Part shown: positions 11,771 to 23,278 of the stretch, piece by piece | Numbering within the stretch: the first letter of the stretch is position 1 | Layout of the letters: each line of letters opens with the position of its first letter | The notes under the pieces: model-generated | What the model was told of the DNA's origin: nothing | The model's input: only the letters and a program-made list of their open reading frames with translations | Database searches by the model: none | Assembly (NCBI GenBank): GCA_051294375.1 | Contig: JBJCIZ010001079.1 | Coordinates: 1 to 24,464 of the forward strand | Direction of reading: 5' to 3' | DNA: 24,464 nt | Source of the DNA: Paraspadella gotoi | Lineage: Eukaryota; Animalia; Chaetognatha | Translations under genes and position numbers: made by a program

Positions 11771-14647
11771 ATGGATAATCAAATAGATAGTGAAAATCTC
11801 TCTGAGAGAAGTTTTAGAAAGCTTGTTACCGATTTAAGAGATTGTATGGAAACTTTTTTCGCGTAAATATCGTATTTATTCGGACAATATTAGCGAAGTT
11901 AATTTTAATGAAACTCTTAAACACGCGAAACACTTGTCGGCCTATCAGGGATATTCTGGGCGGGCTCCAAAACCGTCCGGAATTCCGTACAAGTCGCGTG
12001 GAGAGTCAGTTAGAAAGTGCGAATCGCTTAATTACAAATTGTCCGTTACAAAATTTAGAAAATACTAGTCCTCAAATTCCCTGTACGAACGTCAATAATT
12101 TGTCGGTATCATTACCCGTACCCGTAACCGTGTCAATTTGTGATCCAATTCCTGAAAATATTAATCAATCTTTGACCGTACCGATTTCCGCGTCCGTGCC
12201 CGTTGACAATATTATCCTATCACACCCTCTGTCGACCCGAACCCCTCTCCCACCCCCACCCACGTCGTCAGGTGGATCGAGGAAACAGCCGCCCTTCCGA
12301 GACGAGTCCCGTCCAACGATTCCATTGAAGGTTCCAAGGAGAAAGATGTTGTCCAACGTCGCCCGCAAACTCCGAAGCATCGAGATCATCGAGAGAATTA
12401 CAACGAACGAGATTGGTCGAACAAGGTAAGGTCGAAGCCAAATTAGTTCGTTCTCGTCAAGATTGAAACAAAAAGAAATGGAATATCAATTGGAACTCGG
12501 AAAAGATAAGGGCGGAAATGGCTAGGGTCGAAAGGGAGGCAGAGATTGGAAATGATAGAAATAGAAGAGATTTGAGGAAGGCATGGAACAAACATTAGAC
12601 GCAAATTTTTATGTTACCAGGAACGGAGCTGGACCATTACGTCCACCACCGACACCATCTACGATCGACCCAACCCCAACCCACCCCACGTTCAACCTCA
12701 ACAACGAATCCAGTATCCCAGCTTCGACCTTCAGCTGGCACTGCCCCGCCGCTCCGCTGCAGTCTCCCTCCTCCTTGCTTACGAGAAAAAGCCGGTCGCA
12801 GCCAGCAATTAGGCCGGCCGCTTTCCGCCGAAGACCGGACCGAGCCGGGTTATTGATCCGCCTGGCTCCAGACCGACAAATCCCAAATTCGTCGGTTCAA
12901 AAATGCAGAAAAATCTCCAAAATAAAACATCGGTTGTTTACTTCACAACCGGATAATGCAAGAAAAAAGTGGTCCCAGTGCTCCCCCAATTGCCCCAACC
13001 TGTTTTAAATTTGCCGAATCCATTTCTCAATCGGAATCTTCACCTTTATTCAACTATGTTTTTCTCCGATTAATACAGAACAATGTATGCAAAATATGCT
13101 TTCAATTTATTCGAAATCTATTAGCTCAATCAGTTAGTGAAAACCGCCAAATCTAGCGGTTACCGCTAGAAGCTAATGACCATTTCCCAGTCCCGCCGTG
13201 GCGAATCGAGAGATGCCTCAATTTCGTCGACACAATCTTCGATGGAACAAGCTCCCGGAAACCATGGCAACGGTAGAAGCTCCGCCTCCAACCCTGTAAA
13301 GCCCCGCCTCAAGAGGTAGAAGCTCCGCCCACAATTCCGGTAGAACCCGCCCCTTAGTTTACGATTGAAATTACTCCGCCGTTGCCAAAGGTAAGACCTG
13401 AAAAATAGTAAAAATAAACATTCGAATAAAGAAAATAAACCTGCTCTGACAATCCAGCGATGAAAGACGTTCCGGACACACACTAGTAACTGGTCGTACT
13501 CCGAACCCAACCGTTCCGTCAACTACCGAAGAAAACCCGTTCGCTCAACTTTGTCGAATCAAAGCGAACAACAAGCTTTACGTTGATGCGACAACGCTCG
13601 TCCCAAACAAAAATTCTCTCGGTCGAGATCGTCGGATCGACTTCGAAACTCAATTAGGTCCTTTTCGACTCCTCAGCAATATCCAGGTATGAGACGAGAT
13701 GATGATGACCGAACTAAAAGAGTATTTTTCTGGAGACGCTTTTTAATTATTGTTCAACATACGAGTTAACAATGACCATTCAGATCATTAAAAAAAGGTC
13801 AGGAGAGCCTTTAAAAGGTCAGGTTCGGAAGAAAGCCTTTACCGCTAGGGAAATCTTAACAACCTTTTGAAAGGGCCGAAAATAGGGAACCGAGATTCGG
13901 CCGGATTAAAAACCTTTATTCTCGAACTAGAGAAATATTTTTACGAGCTAAAGAAACAAATAGAGGAGAAACTTCTCTACCCAAGATATTTTAGTGAAAT
14001 AATCACAAAAGATTCCCCATCTAGGTAAGGAATGGGCAAAGAGAGCATTAAGAAAAAGATGCAATGAGCTGGAAAGGGACACTGATGATGAAATGACGAA
14101 TCTGATCTTGCATCCACCTTTTGAGTCTTTTTATAAAATTTTTGAAATTCACTTCCGAAGATAATCGAAGTTGTAGTATTTACTCAAGGGGAACGACGAA
14201 CGCCAACGAGGTTCAAGCAAATGGAAATTGGGACCCGCAGCGACGTCGACTCCAAGGCCACATCGAAAACCTTACTCAGTTAAGATTTGCTGCATGCAAC
14301 GAAAGACAACAAGAACGTCGGGCAAAGAAAGTCAGAATCAAGTACGTCCGCACCAAAATATTCCTCACCCAATGGAAACCCGGCAACCACGCGCAGGACA
14401 CAAACAACTTCACCATGTCTGATGTGCGGAAGCATGCACCAAGGTGAACTATGCCGAACATACCTCGACATGGAAAAACAGGCAAAGTGGGACTGGGTGA
14501 AAAAGAATTCGTTTATTGTCATTGCTGCCTAAGGAAAGGCCATATTACCAAGGACTGCAAAGTTCTGTTAGGTTGTCGCAAATGTGCCGGTCGTCACCAT
14601 GTTCTCTCTCCACGCAGAGCATCTGGGAACGTTCGACATCAACCTGA
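11771..14647 (+). pseudogene. gag: Gag of copy 2 (many indels)
   Basis: ATG at 11771 in the context GAACCATGG; same Zn knuckles at 14415-14615; TGA at 14645-14647. Confidence 0.88.
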
Positions 14648-14739
14648 CTAGCTGCTGCGTATGTCGCAACAGGAACCTTTAGGCCCATAGTACCAATTAT
14701 TATTAGAAAACGGAAGACCAATCTATTGCGACATACGCA
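14645..14739 (+). promoter_or_regulatory. Putative gag-pol stop-codon readthrough signal (UGA-CUAG plus 3' stem-loop), copy 2
   Basis: TGA CTAG in the pol frame. Arms TGCGTATGTCGCAA (14656-14669) and TTGCGACATACGCA (14726-14739) are perfect reverse complements. Confidence 0.75.
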
Positions 14740-17700
14740 CTTCTTGATAGTGGCGCAACTCGCTCCGCTTATTTCAACAAAAATTGTAAAATCGTCTTAA
14801 GCTTAATACTTATACTTCTTCTATACAAACCTCACAACCTATGACGCAACGTCCACAAACTGGAGAGATTTGTAGACATAAAAAAAAAAAGTCTGATGAT
14901 CTTATTCTGCCAATATTAATAGAGTATTAGTTGGAGAAATACTCACTACAGAATCCGACACCTATCAAAAACCTAGTGATATTGCGATTTTCTTACATTG
15001 AAAGATGTAAAATTTCTCGAATTGCCTAACGAGATATTGATCTTATTTTAGACGCCCGCTTGGCTCGCTGGGTTGGCGGACCGACTCGAATCGGACCTTC
15101 CCCGGCTTCCCACCGCCCTTCAAATTGCTTATCGGAGGACGCTATTTGGTTGCAGTGAAAACGCCAGAGTGAAGACCGAATAAACTGCTATAACATTTCA
15201 CCCATCAGATCCCGAAATCTCGAATATGAGATCTCAGAAGCTCTTCAAGCAAGACTTCATCTCCCGACCAGATGGAAATCTACTCCTCAGAGGTTATTAA
15301 TCATCCCTCAGTTCTGATCAACTGGCCATTGATCAACTCGAAAAGAAACCTTTTTCAATGATCTTACAGGACACTATAGATGCTCCAACCCCCTGGAAAA
15401 AACAGGGCGAGAACAGACCTCCAAAGAATTTCAAAAACTTCGGCGGCTACCATAGCAACCGCTAAACGACGAGCAATCAAACAGCCGAAAACTCTCCAAA
15501 GACCCAATTCTCAAAGAAGGCGTCTTCGCAACAAATCGCGTGAATCAATTGAGCTCGGGTTTTCAAGTAAGGCTGAAATTGAAATCTTTGAGGAACTGCT
15601 CCCGAATTTTACCACACCTTTACATATAGTTACAAGGCCCGATAAGCCTGGTAAATTTCGAATCTGCCAAGATGCAGCTGCAAAAGTTCAAGGAACTTAC
15701 CTAAACGATTATCTAATTCCTGGCCCCAGATAATCTCACTCCATTTTAGAGTCATGATGAGATTTCGACTTAATGAAGTCACTCTTTATCAGCGACATAA
15801 AAGGATTTTTCATCAAATAGAAATTAATTCCAATTGATAGAAGGTGCTATTCAGGTTCTTCTGGTACAAGATGAGACCATGACAGAACTAGAGACCCACC
15901 AATCTAATGTACATTATTTGGTGGATCTGGCAGCCCTGGGTGGCTATTGGGTCATTAAATATATCAGTAAAAAATATTCAACATTGAAAATCTCAGTAGA
16001 AGCTTTAAAGCAATATTTCTACAATTATAATGGACGATCTACTTGAGAGTCTAAAATCTTCTGAATCCGCTAGCGCCTACGCATCGAGCTCCTGAAGCAC
16101 TTCGACGTGGCGGCTTTGAACTATGAAGTTCAAATCAATCAGATCCAAGAGTACTTCTCGACTGATCCCATTCCGGACGACGACCCGACCCCAAAGACCC
16201 TCCCGATTGAGGATTGAAGGACGACCCAAGAAGATGGCCGACAACTTCATCCCGGAGAACCCACCCGCTGAACTGGAACGGAAGCAAATCAAGGACAAAA
16301 TCCTTGGAGTCGGTTTCGACGTACAGTCAAGATAAATTTTTTATTCGAATTACTGAAAGATCGAAAAAAGAAGCAAAAACGAGAAGAGATATTCTCAAAT
16401 TAGTAGCGAGTGTTTATGATCCACTTGGCTTTGTATCCCCTTATATTCTATCTGGTCGTTCTCATTTTCAAACGGCAGCCAACGAGAAACTTACTTGGGA
16501 TGAAAAAATTCCCGATGATCTTTTCAAAAAATTCGATAAGTGGAGAAGAGAAATGATTCACTTAAAGAAATTTACTATTCCTCGTTGGACCTCTATCCGA
16601 GGGCTAAAAATTGCCAAAACCCAACTTATAATATTTTGTGATGCATCAATCATCGGCTACGGCATTGTAGCATATTTAAAAAAGTCGAATGAGGACGAAA
16701 GTCAAAATCATGTTTCTCTATTTTATTCTAAAGCCAACGTAGTCCCCCTGCAGATGCAGAGAACTTTGGTCGAAAATCAGGAGGACCATTTAGAGAGCAT
16801 GCCCAGACTAGAGCATCAATTGTCGGCAAGATCTGCAGCTCAGGCCCGTGATTTAATAATTCGAGAGTCTGGGAGAAACTTTCACAATGTAATAATGTTA
16901 ACCGATTCCATTACAGTCATTAATTGGTTAAACAATTATTCAAAAAGTTCAAAACATATGAACATTTTCGTTTAAAAACTATTCGAAATTTATCTCCCGT
17001 CAGGAATGGCCCATATCCAAGGCTCCGAAAATCCCGCTGATACGTATCAAGAGGTCTTAGTGCGACGACAACGAAAAATGGAAAATCTTCCATCAGGGAC
17101 CATCTGCTTCGAAAGCAGAAAAAGATTGGCCCACATCTACTTACCCGATCCACAAAGCCCGCCAATCGGAACAAGTCCAACAGATACCTCATCGAACCAA
17201 AGACTCATCCCCATCGATCAAAGAGAAAGCCGAAAAGGTAAACATCTCGGCAATTCACGACAATTCCGATTATTCTCCGATCGAACTCATCTCCATCAAC
17301 GCGACCAAAACTTATCCAAACTCCGCAAATGAGAATGAAGATTGGGTCTTCGAATCACACAAAAAGTCGGAGATGGAGAAATAAGGTAAGACGAATTGCA
17401 TATTTTTCGAAATGCCTCCCAAAATTCCTCAAATTTTTGAAGGAGAAAAAAGAAGGCAAAAAGTCTAAAATTGACAAAATTAAACTTACCGTTGATGATT
17501 TCGAAAACTCGAGAATTAAATTATATCGAGCTATCCAAAGATCTAGTTTCGAAAAAGAATATTTCGAACTATTAAAACTGGTATTTTATCCCCTAATGCT
17601 AAAAAAGGAGCTCCGCCAAAAGAATTCGAAACTAACTTCTTTAAGCTCCGTCGTCCCCTTTCACTCCGATAACGATTCTAAGCTCCGTAGAATTAGAGGT

Positions 17701-19244
17701 CAGGCGTGCAGGTCCTCGCCGCCTCGCACGATCCTTGCCAGCACCTCCGACCATAACGGATGATTCCTAGGTGAATAGACTAGCGGTGTAACTTGTACCT
17801 ATAATTATACCGCATTACATTCTTGTTACCGGAATACTCAACCATAAACGGAAGTCGTTGAGCATTCCATTTATCCCGGCATTCTTCATATGATGATAAG
17901 CAAGGTTAAGTGCACTGCCGACGAACCTCAGCGCACACTCCTGCTTTATTCAGCTAAGATTTCAAGAAAATTTTGCTTTTATTAGGCCCGGCCGACTGAC
18001 TACGCACGTTCGATTCGCGATTGCTCCACAATGACACTCTCGTGCGCTCGCCCAACCTTGTCGAACGATCTCTCAAGAAGCAGACTCCACATCACACCTC
18101 ACCTGCGCGCACATCTGCTCTCCCCAGAACTTAGAGTCTGCAACGTGACACTCTCCCGTTATAAAACCACCGCGCCTCGCACTCGCTGCTTTCCGGCACT
18201 CTCGCGTCGAACATGATACAAACGCGGGCCGGTCGAGGGACTTACCAAGAAGTCTCGCCCCTCGCCTACTATCTACTCACATTTGCCATGGCCTACGCAG
18301 CAGTTCGTTTTTGAATGTTCTTGAACAATAGCCAGTTCGAGTACCGGCCTCGTTCAGCGTTAATAAACGCTTCTAACTCGCTCTCCTCACACTCTCCCTT
18401 CCCTCAACGCGACGACTCCGCAAAACACCAAATTGCGCGTCTTACTGAATCAAAGACTTCGACAGGAACCACATCTTTCCGTTTTCGCGGTGTCCTACGC
18501 AACCGAGCAGTCACCAACGCGCTTCGAAGCGAACACTCCATCAGGTGCCGACCACGACCCAAGGTTTTCCTCCTGCAGAATCAGTCTCTGCGTCGGTCTC
18601 GGTCCGAACACGACTCCATTCATGGTCGGCGGCCAACCATTTGTGTTCCTCCACACACTCCGTCATTGGGGAGGCATCTGGGAAAGGATGGTGAAGAGCA
18701 CTAAAAAACATTTAGTTGCCTCTTCTCAAAAAAGAACCTGATATTGACACATTTTCTACAATATTATGTGATAATCTCTCCCATTCTTAATCGGCGCACA
18801 CATTACTCGAAACCCGAGCAGATCTCCTGGATACCGATCCATGCATTCATCTCCTGCGCCGCGAAGAATTCGTCTCTTTACCGCTATCTCCATACTTCTA
18901 CAGCATTAACCTTACTCCCCTATGCTCCTTCTCAAGGCGATTCACTACGAGCATCTTGGAGACTTGTCCGCGACACTGCTGACGAATTCTGGAGGCGCTG
19001 GAAAACGCAATACTTGACGATGTTAAGAGAGCGCAAAAAGTGGACGACATCCTTCGACGACATCCAACCGGGAAAGATCGTCATCCTCATCGAGGAAAAT
19101 ACGCCTCGAGACATTTGGCGGACCGGCAGAATTATCGAACTCATTGGAGACGGAGATCGAAAGCATGAAGTCGATATCAGACTGCCAAATGGCAAAATAA
19201 CTCGTCGTCATGTGAATAACATTATTAATTTAGAAGTAGATTGA
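14648..19244 (+). pseudogene. pol: Pol of copy 2 (protease-RT-RNase H-integrase with BEL C-terminal DUF5641-like domain), heavily frameshifted
   Basis: KLVASVYDPLGFVSP, FCDAS, MPRLE, HWGGIWERMVKS, and C-terminal FWRRWKTQYLTMLRERKKW...PRDIWRTGRIIEL. Confidence 0.93.
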
Positions 19245-19741
19245 ATTCTATAATCTGCCTCGTCACCATCATTGAATAATAAAACAATGAAAATTTAGCT
19301 ATCCAACTATTATTATTACATTAGGTTCTATTACTGTTACAAGTTAACAAAAAAAGTTAAATTCGAATTTTAGCCATCTCTACAGTTTGCTTATTGATTA
19401 CGAAATTTTCTAACTCGAATTTAGTACACGCGTCCTTAATTATCTTTTTTCGCGTATCGAAAGCTCCAAGAATTTATCTTTTCGAATTGTCAAATTTTTA
19501 CTAAACGAAGCGCATCGCCAAAACTCGTATCTCTTTCGCGAGCTCGTTATTTCCCTATGAAAATATTTAGCGAATTATTATACAATTCGAGTAATTCAAA
19601 TAGCTATTGCAATATCTAGTTTGCTAGTTCAATAGTCCATTTATTTGCCGAAAATTCGATATCGATACCATCACGGCCTAAAGAGAAAAATTATTATCAT
19701 CATTATTCAATGAAAATAAACATAATAAACTAAATATTTAC

Positions 19742-20498
19742 CTACGAAGTCGTCTCCGCCGTTCATTTACCGCCGATTGAATCCTTCGTCGTCACCCGTT
19801 ACCACCGTTTGAATCCCTCGTTGCCGCCGATGAATTTTTCGTCATTTGTTGCCGCCATTGAATCCTTTGTCCGCCGTCGATGAATCCCTCGTCGTCGTAC
19901 CTGTAAAAAAAAGAAAAACTATTAAATATAAAAATTATTATACATACCCGTTACCTAAAATCCTTGAAGTCCCGTGTCGCCGTCGAATCCGTCACCGCCG
20001 TCTCCAAACCTAAAAAGAAAATTAGTAAATACAAAATTCACACTTCTCACCTGAAGTCCTTGAAGTCGTCGTCGAATCCCTCGTCGCCGTCGCCGAACCT
20101 AAAAAAGAGAAATATTAGTAAATTATCAAAAAATAAGATACAAAATTCACCTGGTCCAGTCGAATTCTTTGTCGCCATCGAATCCTTTGTCGCCGTCGAA
20201 TCCCTCGTCGCGTCGAATCCCTCGTCGCCGTCGAACCTAAAATAAAAATAATAAAATTAAAATATTAATACAAAACAAATCAAACATTTAAATTTACCTG
20301 CTCCGATGAAATCCGAATTCTTTCAACCTGTAAAGAAAATATTAGAAAATTTCAACATGTTTCAACCCAACTTACCTGCAGATATCCAGCTTGTTTAATT
20401 CTCACTTCAAAGATGGAAGAATCAATGGAGATCGTAGTCATTGACGAAGACATGCCAAACTCTCCGCCAAACTCACCGCCATCCATTCCGGAGGTAAC
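19742..20498 (-). other. Antisense micro-exon array (exons 20376-20498, 20298-20327, 20151-20236, 20051-20098, 19955-20009, 19742-19900)
   Basis: Each block is bounded by a T-rich YAG|G acceptor and an AG|GTRA donor on the minus strand. Introns are 41-64 nt. Exons encode Gly/Asp/Phe repeats such as FGDGDEGFDDDFKDF. Confidence 0.75.
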
Positions 20499-20956
20499 CT
20501 AGAAAAGAAAGAAAGTTAAAACAAAATCAACTCAAAATTATCATAATCAAAAACTTATCTGAATAGTTTTCCGATGATGACATCATCGAGATCATCGAGG
20601 TGTCCAAGTGGCACCACGAAACTTCGTCGTCAGACTCCGAAGACGAGCCGATCAAACTGACGAAGTCGACATCCGAGGAATGCCTCGTCGAATTCCGAAA
20701 GAAGTGGGCTGCAGGAAAAGCGCGCGAGATCGCTCGCGATCGCAAACGCGAGGAGAAAAGAAGGGCGAGAATGAAGTCCTGGAAAAGAAGAGTAGCGGAA
20801 ATGAAAAACGAACTTTTAAATGAAAAAGAGAGTCGTGCCTTAGAAAAAGCCCGCGAGAAAATGAGAAAGATCACGAGAGGAAAGAGAGACCGCGCCATTC
20901 TCTCAAAGATCACGCAAATGGAAATTTCCGAAAAATGTCATGAACAATCCTTTTAA
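20413..20956 (+). CDS. Small ORF A, 156 aa, two exons (20413-20493, 20567-20956); acidic N-terminus, basic coiled-coil C-terminus
   Basis: A phase-0 GT-AG intron joins MEESMEIVVIDEDMPNSPPNSPPSIPE in frame to FSDDDIIEIIEVSKW... Confidence 0.6.
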
Positions 20957-21055
20957 CTCATTTAACTTCATTTACCATTCTCTTAGTTCGTTCATTGACA
21001 TTTATTCATAATTGTCTTCTCGAAAATAATTCGTTCTTATGTCGTTCTTTTCTCC

Positions 21056-21445
21056 ATGTTCAGTCGATATCTAGATATATTCACGAAGTCGCTTAGGCAC
21101 ATCTCCGCCCACATCCTCGAATACAAGATGGCCAAAGTAAGTCAATCCACGAAAACCTAAAAGAAAATGAACAAACAATAAACAATAAATCACAAAAATA
21201 ATACTTACCTGGCCCAACAGAAAATTGGAATATTTGATGACGATGCGGCTATTACCCACTCCCGGTGGGAAGAAGACGCCGCGGAGGAAAATCGAGAGAA
21301 AATGAGAAGAATTCTTGGGCACCCTCTCCACGGACGCCCATTACGAGAATATTACAAAAGGCCGGCACCCAATGCCGAGAACATCGGGCCGGCTCAGAAC
21401 CCCAGTGGCGGAAGGATCGTCCAATTCAAAAAAAACAAAAATTAA
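21056..21445 (+). CDS. Small ORF B, 101 aa, two exons (21056-21136, 21221-21445); not in the ORF track
   Basis: MFSRYLDIFTKSLRHISAHILEYKMAK|GTAAGT...CCCAACAG|KIGIFDDDAAITHSRWEED...FKKNKN*, phase 0. Confidence 0.6.
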
Positions 21446-21548
21446 AAACAATATTAACTCAAACTAAAGTGATCGAGATAAACTTGTGTGCGGTTCCGAG
21501 TGTATTTGTTTGTTTTTAAATTGACCAGGTACATTCAAATCAATTAAA

Positions 21549-21851
21549 ATGGAAAATACTAAAAAAGAACTTGAAAAGGCAACATTTCGTGCTAGATTTC
21601 GAGCAACAGAAACATGTTCCCGACCGATCTCGGAACTGGTCGCAGACGAACTAAAACGGATAAGAAAAGAAGTTGATTCAATGAAGGAAAGAGAGACCTC
21701 CGAAGCCAATCCCGAAGACCTTCGTGATCATCTAGCCCAAAAGAGAAGACAACAAGCTGAAGAATTTCGACCCGTTCAGGGACCATGGACCGAGGCCGGG
21801 AATCCTCCCATCCGTTTTCCTTCTGTTAAGGACCGTCTCAGTTCACGATAA
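21549..21851 (+). CDS. Small ORF C, 100 aa, unknown, charged and helical
   Basis: AAAATGG start, upstream acceptor-like ttgaccag, AT-rich flanks. Confidence 0.6.
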   Translation: MENTKKELEKATFRARFRATETCSRPISELVADELKRIRKEVDSMKERETSEANPEDLRDHLAQKRRQQAEEFRPVQGPWTEAGNPPIRFPSVKDRLSSR

Positions 21852-21979
21852 ACTCCGAAAGTTGAAAATAACATTTTGAAAATTTAAAAATGATGACAAA
21901 AATCATTAGTGAAATCAACATTTTTATTTTTCTATATACATGATTTGATTTCAGTTTAAGCCTTAATAATCAAACCTAC

Positions 21980-22229
21980 CTCGTGAAAACGGACAAATGG
22001 ACCGACGAATCGTTATCATACGCAACAAAGGAGCGCAGCAGCCACCTCTTCCACCGCCACCCCCGCCACCTCCTCCAGGCGAATCATCTGGCCCAGTCTT
22101 CTTTGTATGTACCTGAAAAATAAAATAAAATTATAATATATACTCACCTGATACTTACCGTCGTCGTCATCGCCAAATCCCTCATCGCCGCCGTTGTCGA
22201 ATCCCTCGTCGCCGCCGTCGCCGCCACAC
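21980..22229 (-). other. Antisense exons 22148/22159-22229 and 21980-22112
   Basis: Minus-strand TTTTTAG|G and TTTTCAG|G acceptors with GTAAGT, GTGAGT and GTAGGT donors; same GDEGFD repeat. Confidence 0.65.
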
Positions 22230-22478
22230 CTAAAAAATAAAAATAATAATAAAACAAAATTAATAACCCTTCCACCCTCCCCCCTCATTTCATCCCAACA
22301 GAAAATTCAAATGGAACCCGACCCGCCTACAACCCGACCCCAACCTAACCCATCCCGACCACCTTCCTACTTTACCACGCATTCTTATGGAAACTTCGGA
22401 GTCGCTCACTTCGAGGATACAGGAGAAAGCCGTCGTCGTCCAGAAGGCCAACGGCATTTCAAAAATAACTCTCGTTGA
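21997..22478 (+). CDS. Small ORF D, 94 aa, two exons (21997-22104, 22302-22478); polyproline protein
   Basis: MDRRIVIIRNKGAQQPPLPPPPPPPPPGESSGPVFF|GTATGT...CCCAACAG|KIQMEPDPPTTRP..., phase 0, in frame. Confidence 0.55.
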
Positions 22479-22586
22479 TGGCGAAGAAACCGGATCAAGA
22501 CAACCTTGAAAACAAACCAAATCGACAAATTGTCACGTTTCGTTTCATTCCTAGTTTAACCTTGTTCAATTCCACATTGGTATAAC

Positions 22587-22611
22587 ATTGTATTGTATTG
22601 TATTGTATTGT
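22587..22611. repeat. (ATTGT)5 repeat
   Basis: Seen directly. Confidence 0.9.
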
Positions 22612-22659
22612 AAAACATTATTATGACGATTTATCACTCAGCATCTCTCTTAATACAAA

Positions 22660-23070
22660 ATGGAAAATCAAGCGGGTCCTTCGCGACACCCCTCACTAAC
22701 GACACCTTCACGTCGAAAGGTACAGGTCGAGCTCCAGCCGACCGCTCCGTCGTCACTCCCCACGATCGCGGGGATAGAGATGATGACACCACCATCATTG
22801 ACGGTTGTCAAGAGGGCACGCCCTCCTTCTCCTCCACGACCGACTCGAGAAAATCCTAAGAGCCCGGACAAGACCATCAAGAAGAAAGCGAAACCTAAAA
22901 ATCGTACCCTATTCTTCGCTTTAAAAAAAGGCCTCGAATTACAATTCGAAAGGGAAGCAAGAAGGAAGGAGAGAAAAGAAAAAGAGAGAGAAGAAAGAAA
23001 GGAAAAAGAGGAGGAAGAAATCCTAAGAGTCCATGGACCATTGGCATTTATAACCCCTCGAAGATATTAG
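22660..23070 (+). CDS. Small ORF E, 136 aa; Pro/Ser/Thr-rich N-terminus, basic NLS-like stretch, E/R/K helix
   Basis: AAAATGG start, upstream actcag acceptor, open for 136 codons. Confidence 0.6.
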   Translation: MENQAGPSRHPSLTTPSRRKVQVELQPTAPSSLPTIAGIEMMTPPSLTVVKRARPPSPPRPTRENPKSPDKTIKKKAKPKNRTLFFALKKGLELQFEREARRKERKEKEREERKEKEEEEILRVHGPLAFITPRRY

Positions 23071-23278
23071 ATACTTTGCTTACGTTCTGAAAGCTTTTCT
23101 TTTATAAAAACAAACGTCAAGGATGACGATTATTATTTTTACATAATACTCACAAAAATATCCGTCCCAAACACCGCAATGTCGGTTATTTTTTAATTTC
23201 TTTTATCATTGTTTTCATTCGTTTATTTTCTGAAAGATAAAACATTAAAAATTCAGCAAAAACTTACCAAATACTTAC

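Larger units (their letters stand above)
11001..19244 (+). mobile_element. BEL/Pao LTR retrotransposon, copy 2 (5' boundary tentative; probably extends 3' beyond 19244)
   Basis: Homology to copy 1 from 11128. TGTT at 11001 is only a candidate LTR start. Full gag-pol domain series up to the stop at 19244. Confidence 0.93.

Noticed and set aside
17647-18900. Apparently novel or diverged sequence and ORFs inside the copy 2 integrase
   Set aside because: About 720 bp of copy 1 corresponds to about 1065 bp here, with scattered insertions. This is the pattern of a poor long-read segment, not biology.
19742-20240. CRISPR-like repeat-spacer array
   Set aside because: The repeats are degenerate, the 'spacers' are GT-AG introns, the context is eukaryotic and there are no cas genes.
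22948-23020. Long purine tract as the retroelement PPT
   Set aside because: It encodes the E/R/K helix of ORF E and is not followed by LTR sequence.
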